A DNA stretch of 64,000 nucleotides, from contig NIVC01001388.1 of the NCBI GenBank assembly GCA_002269645.1, positions 1-64,000 of the forward strand, given 5' to 3'. Source of the DNA: Macrostomum lignano. Its lineage: Eukaryota. Position numbers and translations under genes: made by a program. Each line of letters begins with the position of its first letter. Position 1 is the stretch's first letter. Below, in pieces: positions 1 through 41,929 of the stretch. The notes under the pieces were generated by a model that worked only from the letters and a program-made list of their open reading frames with translations, had not been told where the DNA came from and searched no databases.

Positions 1-2458
1 CCTCACACAGCACACACACCAGTCCCTCACACAGACACACACCAGTCCCTCAACAGCACACACACCAGTCCCTCCACACAGCACAACACCAGTCCCTCAC
101 ACAGCACAGACACCAGTCCTAACACAGCACAGACACCAGTCCCTCAAACAGCACACACACCAGTCCCTCACACAGCATAGACCAGTCCACCAGTCCCTCA
201 CACAGCACACACACCAGTCCCTCACACAGCACTGACACCAGTCCTCACACAGCACACACACCAGTCCCTCACACAGCACAGACACCAGTCCCTCACACAC
301 ACACACACCAGTCCCTCACACAGCACAGACACAAGTCCCTAACACAGCACAGACACCAGTCCCTCACACACACATACCACCTCCCTCACACACCACAGAC
401 ACCAGTCTACCAGTCCCTAACACAGCCAGACACCAGTCCACCAGTCCCTCACACAGCACTGACACCAGTCCCTCACACAGCACTGACACCAGTCCCTCAC
501 ACAGCACTGACACCAGTCCCTCACACAGCACACACACCAGTCCCTCACTCAGCACACACAGCAGTCACTCACACAGCACAGACCCAGTCCCTCACACAGC
601 ACACACACCAGTCCCTCACACAGCACAGACACCAGTCCACCAGTCCCTCACTCAGCACACACACCAGTCACTCACACAGCACAGACACCAGTCCCTCACA
701 CAGAACACACACCAGTCCCTCACACAGCACAGACACAAGTCCCTAACACACCACAGACACCAGTCCACCAGTCCCTCACACAGCACACACACCAGTCCCT
801 CACACAGCATAGCACACAGTCCACCAGTCCCTCACACAGCACACACACCAGTCCCTCACACAGCACACACACCAGTCCCTCACACAGCACAGACACAAGT
901 CCCTAACACACCACAGACACCAGTCCACCAGTCCCTCACACAGCACAGACACAAGTCCCTAACACACCACAGACACCAGTCACCAGTCCCTCACACAGCA
1001 CACACACCCAGTCCCTCACACAGCACACACACCAGTCCCTCACACAGCACACACACCAGTCCCTCACACAGCACAGACACAAGTCCCTAACACACAGACA
1101 CCAGTCCACCAGTCCCTCACACAGCACAGACACAAGTCCCTAACACACCACAGACACCAGTCCACCAGTCCTCACACAGCACACACACCCAGTCCCTCAC
1201 ACAGCATAGACACCAGTCCACCAGTCCCTCACACAGCACACACACCAGTCCCTCACACAGCATAGACACCAGTCCACCAGTCCCTCACACAGCACACACA
1301 CCAGTCCCTCACACAGCACACACACCAGTCACTCACACAGCACAGACACCAGTCCCTCACACAGCACACACACCAGTCCCTCACAAGCACACACACCAGT
1401 CCCTAACACAGCATAGACACCAGTCCACCAGTCCCTCACACAGCACTGACACAAGTCCACCAGTCCCTCACACAGCACACACACCAGTCCCTCACGCAGC
1501 ACACACCCAGTCCCTCACACAGCATAGACACCAGTCCACCAGTCCCTCACACAGCACACACACCAGTCCCTAACACAGCATAGACACCAGTCCACCAGTC
1601 CCTCACACAGCACTGACACAAGTCCACCAGTCCCTCACACAGCACACACACCAGTCCCTCACACAGCACACACACACCAGTCCCTCACACAGCATAGACA
1701 CTAGTCCACCAGTCCTCACACAGCACACACACCAGTCCCTCACACAGCACACACACCAGTCCCTAACACAGCACAGACACCAGTCCACCAGTCCCTCACT
1801 CAGCACACACACTAGTCCCTCACACAGCACAGACACCAGTTCACCAGTCCCTCACACAGCACACACACCAGTCCCTAACACAGCACAGATACCAGTCCAC
1901 CAATCCCTCACTCAGCACACACACCAGTCACTCACACAGCACAGACACCAGTCCCTCACACAGCACACACACCAGTCCTTAACACAGCACAGACACCAGT
2001 CCCTCACACAGCACACACACCAGTCCCTCACACAGCACAGACACCAGTCCACCAGTCCTCACTCAGCACACACCAGTCACTCACACAGCACAGACACCAG
2101 TCCCTCACACAGCACAACACCAGTCCCTCACACAGCACAGACACAAGTCCCTAACACACCACAGACACCAGTCCACCAGTCCTCACACAGCACACACACC
2201 AGTCCCTAACACAGCACAGACACCAGTCCACCAGTCCCTAACACAGCACAGACACCAGTCCACCAGTCCCTCATACAGCATAGACACCAGTCCCTCACAC
2301 AGCACACACACCAGTCCCTCACACAGCGCAGACACCAGTCCCTCACACAGCACACACACCAGTCCCTCACACAGCACACACACACCAGTCCCTCACACAG
2401 CACAGACACCAGTCCCTCACACAGCACACACACCAGTCCCTCACACAGCAGACACCAG
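1..2458. repeat. Minisatellite, ~24-bp unit (CACACAGCACACACACCAGTCCCT) with 32-bp variants; runs off the window start
   Basis: Tandem unit is directly visible; variants insert CCAGTCCA. The ORFs called here are repeat translations. Confidence 0.97.
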
Positions 2459-5095
2459 CGTGATGATAAACACAGACACTTAGATATGGCTAAAAAGTCC
2501 ACTAATTCTAAAAGCACAGCGTGCCAATAATAATTCGAAGGTAATTGCAAGTAAAATTGAAGCTGGATGAAAATTCTTACCTTTATTTAACTTTATAGAG
2601 ATGTAGAAAAACAATTGATAAATTATTTTCTTTCTATTGAGAGAGCTTTTACGTCCAGATAATCCAGTAATTGTGTATTTTTTGCGACCTGTTAATGGAT
2701 TCTTGCAAGAATTATTTTCGTATATAATGTGGGTATTGGATTCCTAATGTAGAATTATAGCTATATACTGTCGCGTTTCCCAACGAGATTCCATTTCCAG
2801 GAAATTCACTGTACGCTATGAATTTTAAATGCACACAGAAATTTCTTGGAAATTGTTAACCAACTCTATTAAGCTTAAAAAATGAGAATGTGCATCATAA
2901 TTCAAAAGAATCTGGCAATAGCTACTCTGGCGAAAAAAGCCTAAACTCAGTGGTGCGGGCTGGTCTAAATTCCTATTACTCGTATTAAGAAGCATAGCAC
3001 AAAGCATTCCTGGGGGTAGAAAGGTGGAGAATAAAGGCGGTTTTTTTAATTCATCGGCACGTGCGTTGTCATGAGCAGTATTGACATTACCGCTAGCTAC
3101 TGTCTCCACAGCTAAAGAGGCTCTTCATATTGCTTGTTCTGGTTCTAGAACCAGAACCAGTTTGTAAAGTATAACTTTTTGTCTCCTTCACTAGAGGGAT
3201 ATACTTGCTATAAACTCTAATTATTGAATGAAAATCGCCAAGAAGAAAGTAAAAAATTGTGCAAAGTGAGGCTGTTAAGGCAGTCAAATATTAACAGAGT
3301 TAAATAATTATACTGCTGTTTTTCTTGGAAGATCCGAACCGATTCTGGTTCTGGAATTGGTAATGTGAAGAGGCTTAAAGTCTCAGTCACTTAACGCGTC
3401 AATAAGCGCAATAAAAATACGTATTGAATATTGTTAAAATAAATTAAAGAATACAAGTAGTACATGCGAGCGAGAAAGGAATACGGTACACATATACTGC
3501 TACGAATTACACTGTCACAAAAGTGCACCCCCTCCCCGCATTGGAAAAAGAGTGAATGACTAAGTGGGGAGAGGCCTGTGATTTTGTGAGGCGCAAAACC
3601 AGTGGCTTGGGCTGCCCCTGCTCGCCCCGTCTCGTGTATTCATGCAACACCCACAGACCAAACACTAAACAGATACATTATACTCGCACTTCTTTGTATG
3701 TGTCTTCTTTCTGTTATACTGTAATGCTTCTGCTAACGAGTGTGTATGCTTATTTACAAGACTTCTTGCACACTGTCTACATTCTACATTATAGCTCCAG
3801 TACTAGTAGTTCTTCTATTTCTAAATGTAACAATTCTTACAATAAGTAGTGTTTTACATGTACTTCTTTGCCTGTTGACCCTGTGCCTATCTATACGCCC
3901 AACAGTATATTCGGCCTAGTGGCTAAACTCATTCGCTTTTGTATGCGCACAGCCTTGTCTAGAAACCCCAATTTTTTCACTAATGAAATCCGTAGCCTAT
4001 TACTGATAGCTTAAAACAGTAGTATACCCGGGAGCGCCTATTTGGGACCGGAGCCCGGTGGCCGAGGGAGAGAGATGGAGGAGATATAAGGTGAGATGTA
4101 GGGTGAGAGAGAGAGAGAGAGAGGAGAGCGAGAGGCAGGGAGAGATGCAGGGTAGGACGCCAGCAAATAGGGAGGAGCCGATATTGATCGAACACCGACC
4201 TCAGTCTACAAAGTCCCTAAGTTTTAAGAACTAAATTTTAAGAATCCTCAGTTTGTAATGGCTTATGGCTGAAATGTTGTCTCACAGGGTAAGTTTAAGG
4301 CTCAGTACGGAGGTTTAACAATTGGATTCCAAGGGTTACTTAGGAATCGTTGATAGGCCAAGCAACAAATGGAGAGTAAGAGATAGAGCATGGTGATGCC
4401 AAGGTGATGCCAAATTTTGATGCCATCTCAATGTGGATGCTGATTTCTTAGGCTAGATTTGTCCCGCGCTTTTGTAAATTTTCAAAAACAAATAAGAAAC
4501 CTGCTCGTTCAAGGAAAACTAGACTGTCAAGTTTCGAAGAAGAATTTTGATCAGTAAGATTATATACACATATATTTAAATAGTATATTGTAGTTCGTAT
4601 ATGCAAAACATTTGCAATTTTTCGGTTAGAAAATCGCGCATACGACACAGTCGTATCAGGCGGTCTGTATCACAGTGACGCCAAATTTCTTCTAAGCTTC
4701 AGTACTGCATGAAAGGTTGAGCATTCTATTTAAACAATATGCAGTCTGGTTGCTTTAAAAAACTCTCCCTTAGAAGTTCAAACCCATGTTATAAGTATAG
4801 AACATGCGAATCAATGGAGTTGTATTATAGCAGTAGAAGCATCATTGTATCGGGCGCTCACATTCATGATACTCTTAGAAGCGATGTTTCAAAGAGGTGA
4901 ACAAACATATTTTACGAATTTAAACAACTGCAATTTCGCACTGAACTCTGATCATCGTTAAACATTGGTTTGAATCGTCGAAAATGAAGAATCTGGTGAG
5001 GCAAATAGTTGGGTGATATTACATGTAACACAAGTTTTCAGTTTGAAGTAAGAGCTTCTAAGAGGCTCAGTTAAAAGAGATCCGTTTCGAAATCA

Positions 5096-8000
5096 CTACG
5101 CCGACGTTTCTCTTCGGCAGGGGCTGCAGCTCCTCCAGCGCCCGCCGTTGCCGCGGCCGACTGTCTCCGCTTGGCCATCTGGCTCAGCTTCAGCGCCTCC
5201 AGCTCTGTCGGCGAGCTTCTTCGGCCTCCCGGGGGCGATGATGTGCTCCACCTGAGTCAGGAACTGTCAAGGAAGGAAAGCGGTTTGACAAATGGTGAAA
5301 ACTAGCTTAAGGATGACTGCACAGATATCGGAACTCGGGTTTTTTATTTGAGGCAAAGGGGGAGCTGAGTGCACCCTGGCGCACTTTAAACGACGAAATT
5401 GTTACACAACAAGTTAACCCAAAAATGTGACTAGTGTGTTATTTGTAATCGAGCCTGAGAAGCTGGCACATAAGAGTACTACTCTAGATCAAGGCAGCAC
5501 TAGGGTAGAAATTCGAGAAGACAGGTGCATGGGTGGCTGTTTTGTGCTTCACTGGAGCATGCGCTGCATTGAGCACTACTGACATCACTGCTACTGTCTC
5601 CAGCTCCACTAAGCTACAGTCTGATCGCTAAAATGCGTCTCCTGCGCTAATGTCCCAAATCACAAGAGTTACAATAAAATATCGAGTTTTCCTATACAAA
5701 TCCTAGTTTCTCAACGCTGCCTATTTTAAAAAGCTGTCTAAAACCCCTGAAGTACTCAATTTTTCTTTAAAAGCAAGCAGAAGCATCAACATCAAACATC
5801 TGTTCCTGCATTCAATTTTCGACTACATTTATTTAGGACTCATCACGAAAACTAGTTTTGCGCGATGCCCACTGCAACTTAGCTAACTACAGGCACCGAT
5901 AAATCAAAAAAGTTGAAACTTCTAGCAGGGAGGGGCGGGCTCACCTCCGGCTTTCTCGTGTCCTTCTTCTTCATGAAGTCGATGAAAGACCGGGCACCGT
6001 GCAGCGACGAGAGCGTCTCGTTCATCTCCTGCGCCCGTTGACGCGCCTCCAGCTGCTTGGTGTCCTTGCGCTCCTCCGGGTCCTCCAGCGGCTGGCCAGC
6101 TGGCAGCTTCCGCCAGGTCTCCGGCTCCAGGTACCAGGCTCCGTAGCGGAACTTCATCCAGCCGGGGTCGGTAGAATCGCCGGCCTCTTTGCCCAGCCGG
6201 CGCAGATACTCGCGCTCCATCTCAGCCTCCTCGCGGTCCTGATGCCGCTGAGGTGGCAGGGCGATGTTTTGCCGCAGCTCCGGCGGGATGCTCGTCAGCT
6301 CCACGACGTGGATCGGCACCGACAGGGCCGGCTTGGTCTCGTAGCCGCTGGCGAAGAGGCTCATGACGGTGCTCTCCTCGATGTTGTTTGCTTCGCCGCC
6401 TAGGGAGGCAACCCATTCGCAGAAGTCCTTGGTAACCTGTTGGAGAGAAATAATATGAGCAAGAGGTTTTGTATGCCGCCCGAGTGCGATGAAATGCTAT
6501 TCCGAGTTTGTCTACGGTAAAACCAGAAGTACCATGTGATTTAGGGTGCCACTCCATTTAAGGTGTGATTTCATTAGATGGGTGCCATTATATTTGAGGA
6601 GGCGCCTGTATTATCAATCGAACTATATTATAAGAGCTTTTAGTTTATGTTAGTACTGAAACTAATCCATCCGGACAATTCTAATACTGCGAAATAAGCG
6701 AAACCGGCGCTGATGACAATTCTGAGCACAGACAAGCGCACCAATACTGTACGCTGGCACGCAATCACACACACGCTCACACGGGGTGTACAGAGGCCCT
6801 GACTTTCTAATCGTCAACCATGTACACTCTCTGCGCCTTGGGGTTGGCCATTATGGGTGTGAATCGAACGACAACCTCCCGGACAAATGAATGTGGCCGC
6901 GGACGGAATGGAACCAGCAGTCGTGACGCGAGTGTTTGCCACTGAGCTGCTCTCCTATCCTAGCCTACTACAAATAGTACGAGTACACGCAGAAGCGCGC
7001 GCACCTTTTCAATATGCGGATCCTTGGCCGGCTCTTGGCGCAGCCGAGCGTCGGCGTCTCGTCCAGCCGCCGTCGCGGCCGCTTCCTCGCGTTTTTTAAT
7101 CCATGAATAGAAGTGCCGGCCGTCCGCCGACTTGCTGCTCTTCGCGCGTTCGCCGGAGGCGCCGCCGCTGCCGTTCGAATCGGCGCTGGTCTGCACCTCC
7201 TGGTGCCGGATGCTCGCCTGGTGCTGACCGTCAGCGCTCAACAGGGTCGCTTCATCGACGCCCTCCGTCTCCAGCAGGGTCATCTCCGGGTCTAGCAGGT
7301 CCACGATATCGTCGTACACCTTGAAATAGAAATCATGTAAAAGTTTTGATTGCTTCGAGAGCAGCAGCAAAAAAATAGAAAGAAGAAACATCTCAAATAA
7401 TTGGGTATTTTTCTAAGATAAGGCTGTATGAGCTCGGCGTGAGCATAACGCGAACGAGGATGAGAACACTGGATCAGTCAGGAAAAATTCCAAGTTGGTT
7501 AACTGCGGATGTTTTAATTTTATTTGTGCGTCGGGCCATCATTAGTTTTGAACTCTTAATACAAGTAAGCCAGGTTTCTGAGTTTCTACTCTTTGTCAGC
7601 TGGTATTAAGCGCAGAGCAAGTTCTCCAGTGGATAAGACACATTCGCTTACCCTATTTAAGATTCCATTCAAATTCTTTAATCAATACTGAGAAATGTAC
7701 ACACTGTATACATTTACGTTTGAAATATTGTAGACAACGTGCAACCTTACGTATGGACACGTAATCCCAGAAACGTACACCTTTTGAGTCACTCCCTGCA
7801 CTTACGCGTACATGCGAGTACGACGCATGCATGTAGTGGTACAGGGACGAAAAGTGTTGTTTAGTAGTCCCGATTTGTACTAGGAAAGATTTATTAACTC
7901 TGTAACCAGTTGAGATTCTGATGGTTATTCTGCAAAATTTGTTGCAAAATCTATATTCTAAAATGTTAACCTAAAACCTATTCTACCGCTCTGTGTGCGC

Positions 8001-8939
8001 TTCTTACCTCCGGAGGAACCGACTCCTCCAGGTGCGGGTAGAGGGCCAATGGGTGTTGGACGAGTCCGTACTCCAGCTCAGAAATGTGCTGCCGCTGTTT
8101 TCTCTGCAGGGGCGTCTGCTTCGAGAAGCAAATCTCTTCTTTGGTGTAGCGGCCGTCGTTGACGCTTTGCTTAATCGGAGTGGCGCCTGTGTTGTGCGAC
8201 TTTAGAGCGGGGCCCAGACCAGCGTTTGGATTCTGCGAGTTTTTCATGGGGAAGTATCGTAAATTCGTGACTCAATGAATGCGCAAAATGTGTTCTTAAA
8301 TGAGATAAATACATTTCAAAAATAGAGTGCGTCAATATTTGCTTCTAATCAAAATAAACCATCTCTCGAATTTCTCAGAAGATGCATTTCAAGGAATTCG
8401 ACGAAAATAATTTTAGGCGTTAGTTACATCTTATTCTTAAATGCCGTATAAAACTGCTTTGAAACGTTGACCTTAGATTAGCAAAATATGCTGTCACCGA
8501 AGATAGCATTCAACTTACTCTGATAACAACAGATCCTTCTGTAATTGGTGGCAAGCCATCTCGAAAGTCATCCAGACCATCTTTTACGAATACCCAGTCT
8601 TTTCCAACGTTTACTTTTCCAGGGTTGCCCGGTCCTGTCGCCTTTGAGTACTTTAAATTGATGCGTTCCTTGTACCTGAAATTAGGTGTTCATTTTTTAT
8701 CTTTTTCCTTGTATGCTATTTATTTCGACTTAATCATTAAAAAATTATTACTTTATTTGGTGCCTCGCATCGGGGTTTAGGACAGATATCAGATTAATAG
8801 ACAAAACAGTACATGTAGGTGTCCGTATCTTGCCTGCAATTTGAAACGCAAAATGGAAAAATACTTACCAAGGGATATTCTGCTTCTTTTTATCACTCTC
8901 TGTAGTTACCAGCAGTAGGTCATATTTCTTTTCAGCCAT
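5096..8939 (-). CDS. FAM47E: FAM47-family protein (FAM47E-like), 6 exons, ~475 aa
   Basis: Exons (minus): 8869-8939, 8519-8675, 8008-8232, 7005-7319, 5945-6436, 5096-5263; all introns GT-AG with matching phases (2,0,0,0,0). Motifs recognised from FAM47 proteins: WVFVKDGLDDFRDGLPP, QHPLALYPHLEESVPPE, VDLLDPE, DFCEWV, GYETKP, WMKFRYGAWYLEPETW, LHGARSFIDF, KPEFL. The C-terminus of the last exon is uncertain (see findings). Confidence 0.88.
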
Positions 8940-11342
8940 TGTTTTGATATTAAATTATTGTTAGCGACGAAGCACTGTAAGCAACGAAGAAGCAACGTCG
9001 TAGAACATATGGGGCAAACGAAACGAGAATACCAGAAGAAAATTTTAGTAGAGAAGTCATTTTAAAACTTGCTAGAGTCTATAGCATTTTTAATATCTAT
9101 ATATATATCATTACATAAAACATATTTTAAAACACTCTTAAGATAGCCATCAGCAAAAAATATGATCCTATTGAAGAAAGCTTGTATAGTGGTGCAACAT
9201 TGTTATAGTGCTTAACACAAAGCAAAATTAAAAATTATAAGCCGGATTCCGGATTCTGTTGTGGTGATTCCAGAAATAGAAACGTCAGGCGTAGGCGTAG
9301 GGTAGACGGTAGGCCTAGGTAACAGATACTGGCTATTGTGTGCTGCATAATGAGGCCTAACATTAGAAAAACAGTTGATAGCAACCTAACATTCCTAACA
9401 GTAAGCTTTAACAATTCATATATTTTTTGCACACCTAAAATCAAATGAACAAACAATTCGAGAAGAATGCCAATATTAGGATTAGTATTAAGTAGTCCAG
9501 TCCTAAGTCTAAAAGTAGAAATCTTAAGCCTAACTTTCACTTTAAGTTGCAAATTTTCATAAAAATAAATTAATATATATTATATGATTCATGATTGTCG
9601 ATAAGTTGCATTTTATAATATTTAATAGGCTATCCATGACCATTGCAAGCATTGCTTAATTATAATATATTTTTTTCTTTATTGAAAAGACAATTTTGTT
9701 TCTTAAAAAGTAAAAGTAGGCCTTAGAAGCAATATTAAATATTATTTGTCTTGGCTTTATATTTATAATCAATATATATTAGCTTTTGTTCTAGGCCTAT
9801 GCCTTTTTTTCCCTTTTTAAATTCAAATTATATAAAACTTTTATTTATGCAACTTGAACTTAGTATTAGTATTATATTATAGTAGTTTAGTATTATAGTT
9901 ATAGGCCTAATTTATAATCAAATTTATTGCATTTAATTTAAAGTTATATTTTTTAAATGCTATGGTATAATAATAGGCCTAGGCCCTAATTATTTAATTT
10001 ATATTTATAATTGAGAAAATCATTTAACTTAGACTTAGATATAAGTAGGCTTGTATAACTAGTTTTGCATATTATTAGTTATTTTTATATAGAAAATAAT
10101 TACTTTTAAATAACTTAAAATTAAAGCTTAGTAAATGATAATAGATAATAGACAAGCTAGATAGCAAATGTAACATTATTGAATGTCTACTTTTGTTTAA
10201 AACTTTAAATAATGTTTTCTAAAACATATTTGTTTAATGTAAATAATGTATATAATCTTAAATATGTTCTTTGCATATAAATAAGCTTTTTGGATCATAT
10301 GCAGCATGCTATTGTTATTAGAATCTATTTTAAAATAATATTTTAATTTCTTTACTAATAGAGGTAAACATATACTTAAGAAGATTATAAAGTGTTAACA
10401 AGGACCAACATTCAAACAAAGCTGCTATTAAATAAGTTTTTTAATCTTATAGGCTTTTTTACTCTATTAAACTATTTAACTATAAGAAATTTCTTGATTT
10501 CTTGAATTTTAAAAATAAGATCAAGTACTCAATTTATTTAACTATTGAGTATCAAGTTTAATACTTATTAGGACTCTAATATAGGGTCTAGATCATTATA
10601 TTATTTAAAACTCATTAAGTATTGCCTGGAAATTAGATAATATTATTTTTATTAGAAGATTAGGAATATAAAATAGGTTTAAAAAATTATATTGCATATC
10701 TAGCCCTAGTCTTCAACTAATATCAAACTTAATCCTAATCTTAACCCCAACCTTAATCCTAGCATATATCTATTGGCAATGGAAATTACCAATAGTCAAA
10801 TGATACTAGTCCCATGGAAAATATCAGTTATGTTTTTACCTTAGTTGAGTATCAAAATTGCACTCTTATCCTATTTTTTATAATAGAATTGAATTGGCAA
10901 GTGTTTTTAGTTGTAATGATGATGTGTTTATATTAGAAAAATTATAAACTTAATTTATTTAGTTATTATATTGTTTCTTCATATGTGCATAAGCTAAAAT
11001 TATCTTACAAGCTAAATTTATCCATTTTTGTGACCAAGATCTGTTTTAAAATATCATATGCATAACATAGTTAATTGAATATGCAACTTTCATGCCCCAC
11101 TGTGCCTTGACTTGTTTAAAAAGCAATCACAGCGTACATTCCCACCCAGGAGCAGTCCAATCAACTGCAGCCAAATTTATCCGGCACTATTTTAACTCCC
11201 TGCATTGCCTTAAAACAGTTTTTTCCAACTGCCAAAATTGCAACTCAAAGAGTGGAACAACTGCCAATTCGTTTGCATTCCAAAGCAAAGCACATTGGTC
11301 GGGTTATTTTGCCCAACCAGCTCCTAGTCCTTGCCTGGCGCC

Positions 11343-39594
<28,252 letters not shown>

Positions 39595-39704
39595 GGAGAT
39601 TGAATTCCAATTGGGCATCGGTTTTCTAGATTGTAGATTTGTAAAAACCAGTCACAGAATCCCCCTGAATCTTTTTATTAACATGAAGTCACCTATAGAT
39701 GTGC

Positions 39705-40110
39705 CCTGAAGCAGCCATGAAGTCCCCTGAAGCCTCCCTGAAGCAGCCATGAAGTCCCCCTGAATCAGCCATGAAGTCCCCCTGAAGCCTCCCTGAAGAA
39801 GCCATGAAGGCACCCTGAAGCAGCCATGAAGTCCCCCTGAAGAAGCCATGAAGTCACCCTAAAGCAGCCATGAAGTCACCCTGAAGCAGCCATGAAGTCA
39901 CCCTGAAGCAGCCATGAAGTCCCCCTGAAGTAGCCATGAAGTCACCTTGAAGTCCCTGTGAAGCAGCGATGAAGGCATCCTGAAGTCCCCTGAAGTAGCC
40001 ATGAAGTCACCCTGAAGTCTCCCTGAAGCAGCCACGAAGTCTCCCTGAAGCAGCCATGAAGTCACCCTGAAGTCACCATGAAGCCTCGCTTAAGAAGTCC
40101 TGAAGTCTCT
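39705..40110. repeat. ~22-bp minisatellite (CTGAAGCAGCCATGAAGTCCCC), just downstream of the SLK stop
   Basis: Tandem copies are directly visible. Confidence 0.9.
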
Positions 40111-40651
40111 CTGAAGCCGCCAAGAACTCTCCTTACAACCAGCCTTTGGAATTCAATAACCGAAAATTGCCAAGCCTGTTAATTCGAGCTACAAACGACT
40201 CCCAGACAACGAGAAGAAGAAACCTGCTGCATAAATCATTTTGTTAAGCGCCTGCTATCAAGGTAAGAATCAGTGATGATTTTCAAGCCATCATAAAGTT
40301 ACTAAGATGTCAATAATTGTGAATGAATTTCAGAATTCGAGGTCATATAACCAACGCTGCTGTTCACTTGTGACGTTGCTTGGTCTGGCGCTCTCGCATT
40401 CTTCATAAATATAGTAGTGTGAAGACTATTTTCGGAAAATAGCTTAAAATGACGCGTGCGTATTCTGTCGTTTGAATCAATTTGTAAATTTCCTGCTCCC
40501 TTAACCAACTGTGAAATATGTTATGCATCTTCGTCATCATTTCATTAATTGATTGATTGTTCCTCTATATGTAATATTTTTTTATTGTTTTTTTTTTGAA
40601 CTAAGTTATATAAAAGTTTTTCTTCAACAATAATATAAACTTCCGACGTTA

Positions 40652-41240
40652 AAATTAGTGACGCCAAAATCCAGAATTAGTGGCGCCAAAATCCCAGAAT
40701 TAGTGGCGCCAAAATCCCAGAATTATTTGCGCCAACATCCAGAATTAGTGGCGAAAACATCCAGAATTAGTGGCGCCAAAATCCAGAATTAGTGGCGCTA
40801 ACATCCGGAATTAATGGCGCCAACATCCAGAATTAGTGGCGCCAAAATCCAGAATTAGTGGCGCCAAAATCCAGAATTAGTGGCGCCAACATCCAGGATT
40901 AGTGGCGCCAACATCCAGAATTAGTGGCGCCAACATCCAGAATTAGTGGCGCCAACATCCAGAATTAGTGGCGCCAACATCCGGAATTAGTGGCGCCAAC
41001 ATCCAGAATTAGTGGCGCCAACATCCGGAATTAGTGGCGCCAAAATCCAGAATTAGTGGCGCCAACATCCAGAATTAGTGGCGCCAAAATCCAGAATTAG
41101 TGGCGCTAACATCCGGAATTAATGGCGCCAACATCCAGAATTAGTGGCGCCAAAATCCAGAATTAGTGGCGCCAACATCCGGAATTAGTGGCGCCAAAAT
41201 CCAGAATTAGTGGCGCTAACATCCAGAATTAGTGGCGCTA
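40652..41240. repeat. 22-bp minisatellite (TAGTGGCGCCAACATCCAGAAT)
   Basis: About 26 copies with a TGGCGCCA palindrome. Confidence 0.95.
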
Positions 41241-41929
41241 ACAGTCCACTGTTTCGAAGAGTTCATCAGTAAATTTATTTTTTCTTAATTAACTTTTCTT
41301 TGAACTGATTTTGGCTTCTGTAGTTCATTAGCAGCATTAGCAACGCGCGGGCGGACTATTTAAACAGCTAATTAATAACATTTCAATACATGTTTCGATC
41401 CAATTGATTTGTCTCAATATCCCTTTTAAAGTCTATTAGAATCTTTCACGCAGTTCTCACTGTCACCGGACACTTCCTGTTATATTAGTAATACTACTAT
41501 ATATACTACTGCTTATAATATTCGGTTGTATACCTGACTACCGTGCGTTCAATTTACCTTAATTATGTATAAATAATCATACAGAAACCAAGTTTTTTGT
41601 GCGTTCTTCATCGACTTGACCCGAGGAGGGTAATTGTCAAATTTTGCGCTGCTTTTTCGGCCAAATTTGGGTGGGAATGTCACTATTTTTGCTGCTCCTA
41701 ATGACGATTATATATTGCTACCAATTATAATTAATAATTCAGATTCTAGCAGATGATTTGGTAATCACGAATTTTTTTCTAATCCAGAAGCTCCGTCAAT
41801 ATGCAGCTGTTTCAAATATTTATTGGCATAAATTATCAGCTGCCTTGCTGTACGCCTCAGCCTCCTCCTTTGGAGCAAAAATCTGGTTGATGATGCTGTG
41901 TTTCTGTTCGTGCTTTTATGTCATTACCT

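Noticed and set aside
6703-6720. GAAACCGG...CTGATGA hammerhead-like words in a FAM47 intron
   Set aside because: The motifs are in the wrong order with no UH cleavage site and no stem II or downstream GAAA.
10720-10760. Telomere-like CCCTAA motifs (also at 37900-38200)
   Set aside because: They are degenerate and only a few units long; not an interstitial telomere array.
9230-11050. Mitochondrial insertion (NUMT) as the explanation for the AT-rich block
   Set aside because: No mitochondrial protein, rRNA or tRNA motifs were recognisable.
40652-41240. TGGCGCCAAC resembling a tRNA-Lys primer-binding site
   Set aside because: The match is short and imperfect, with no adjacent LTR.
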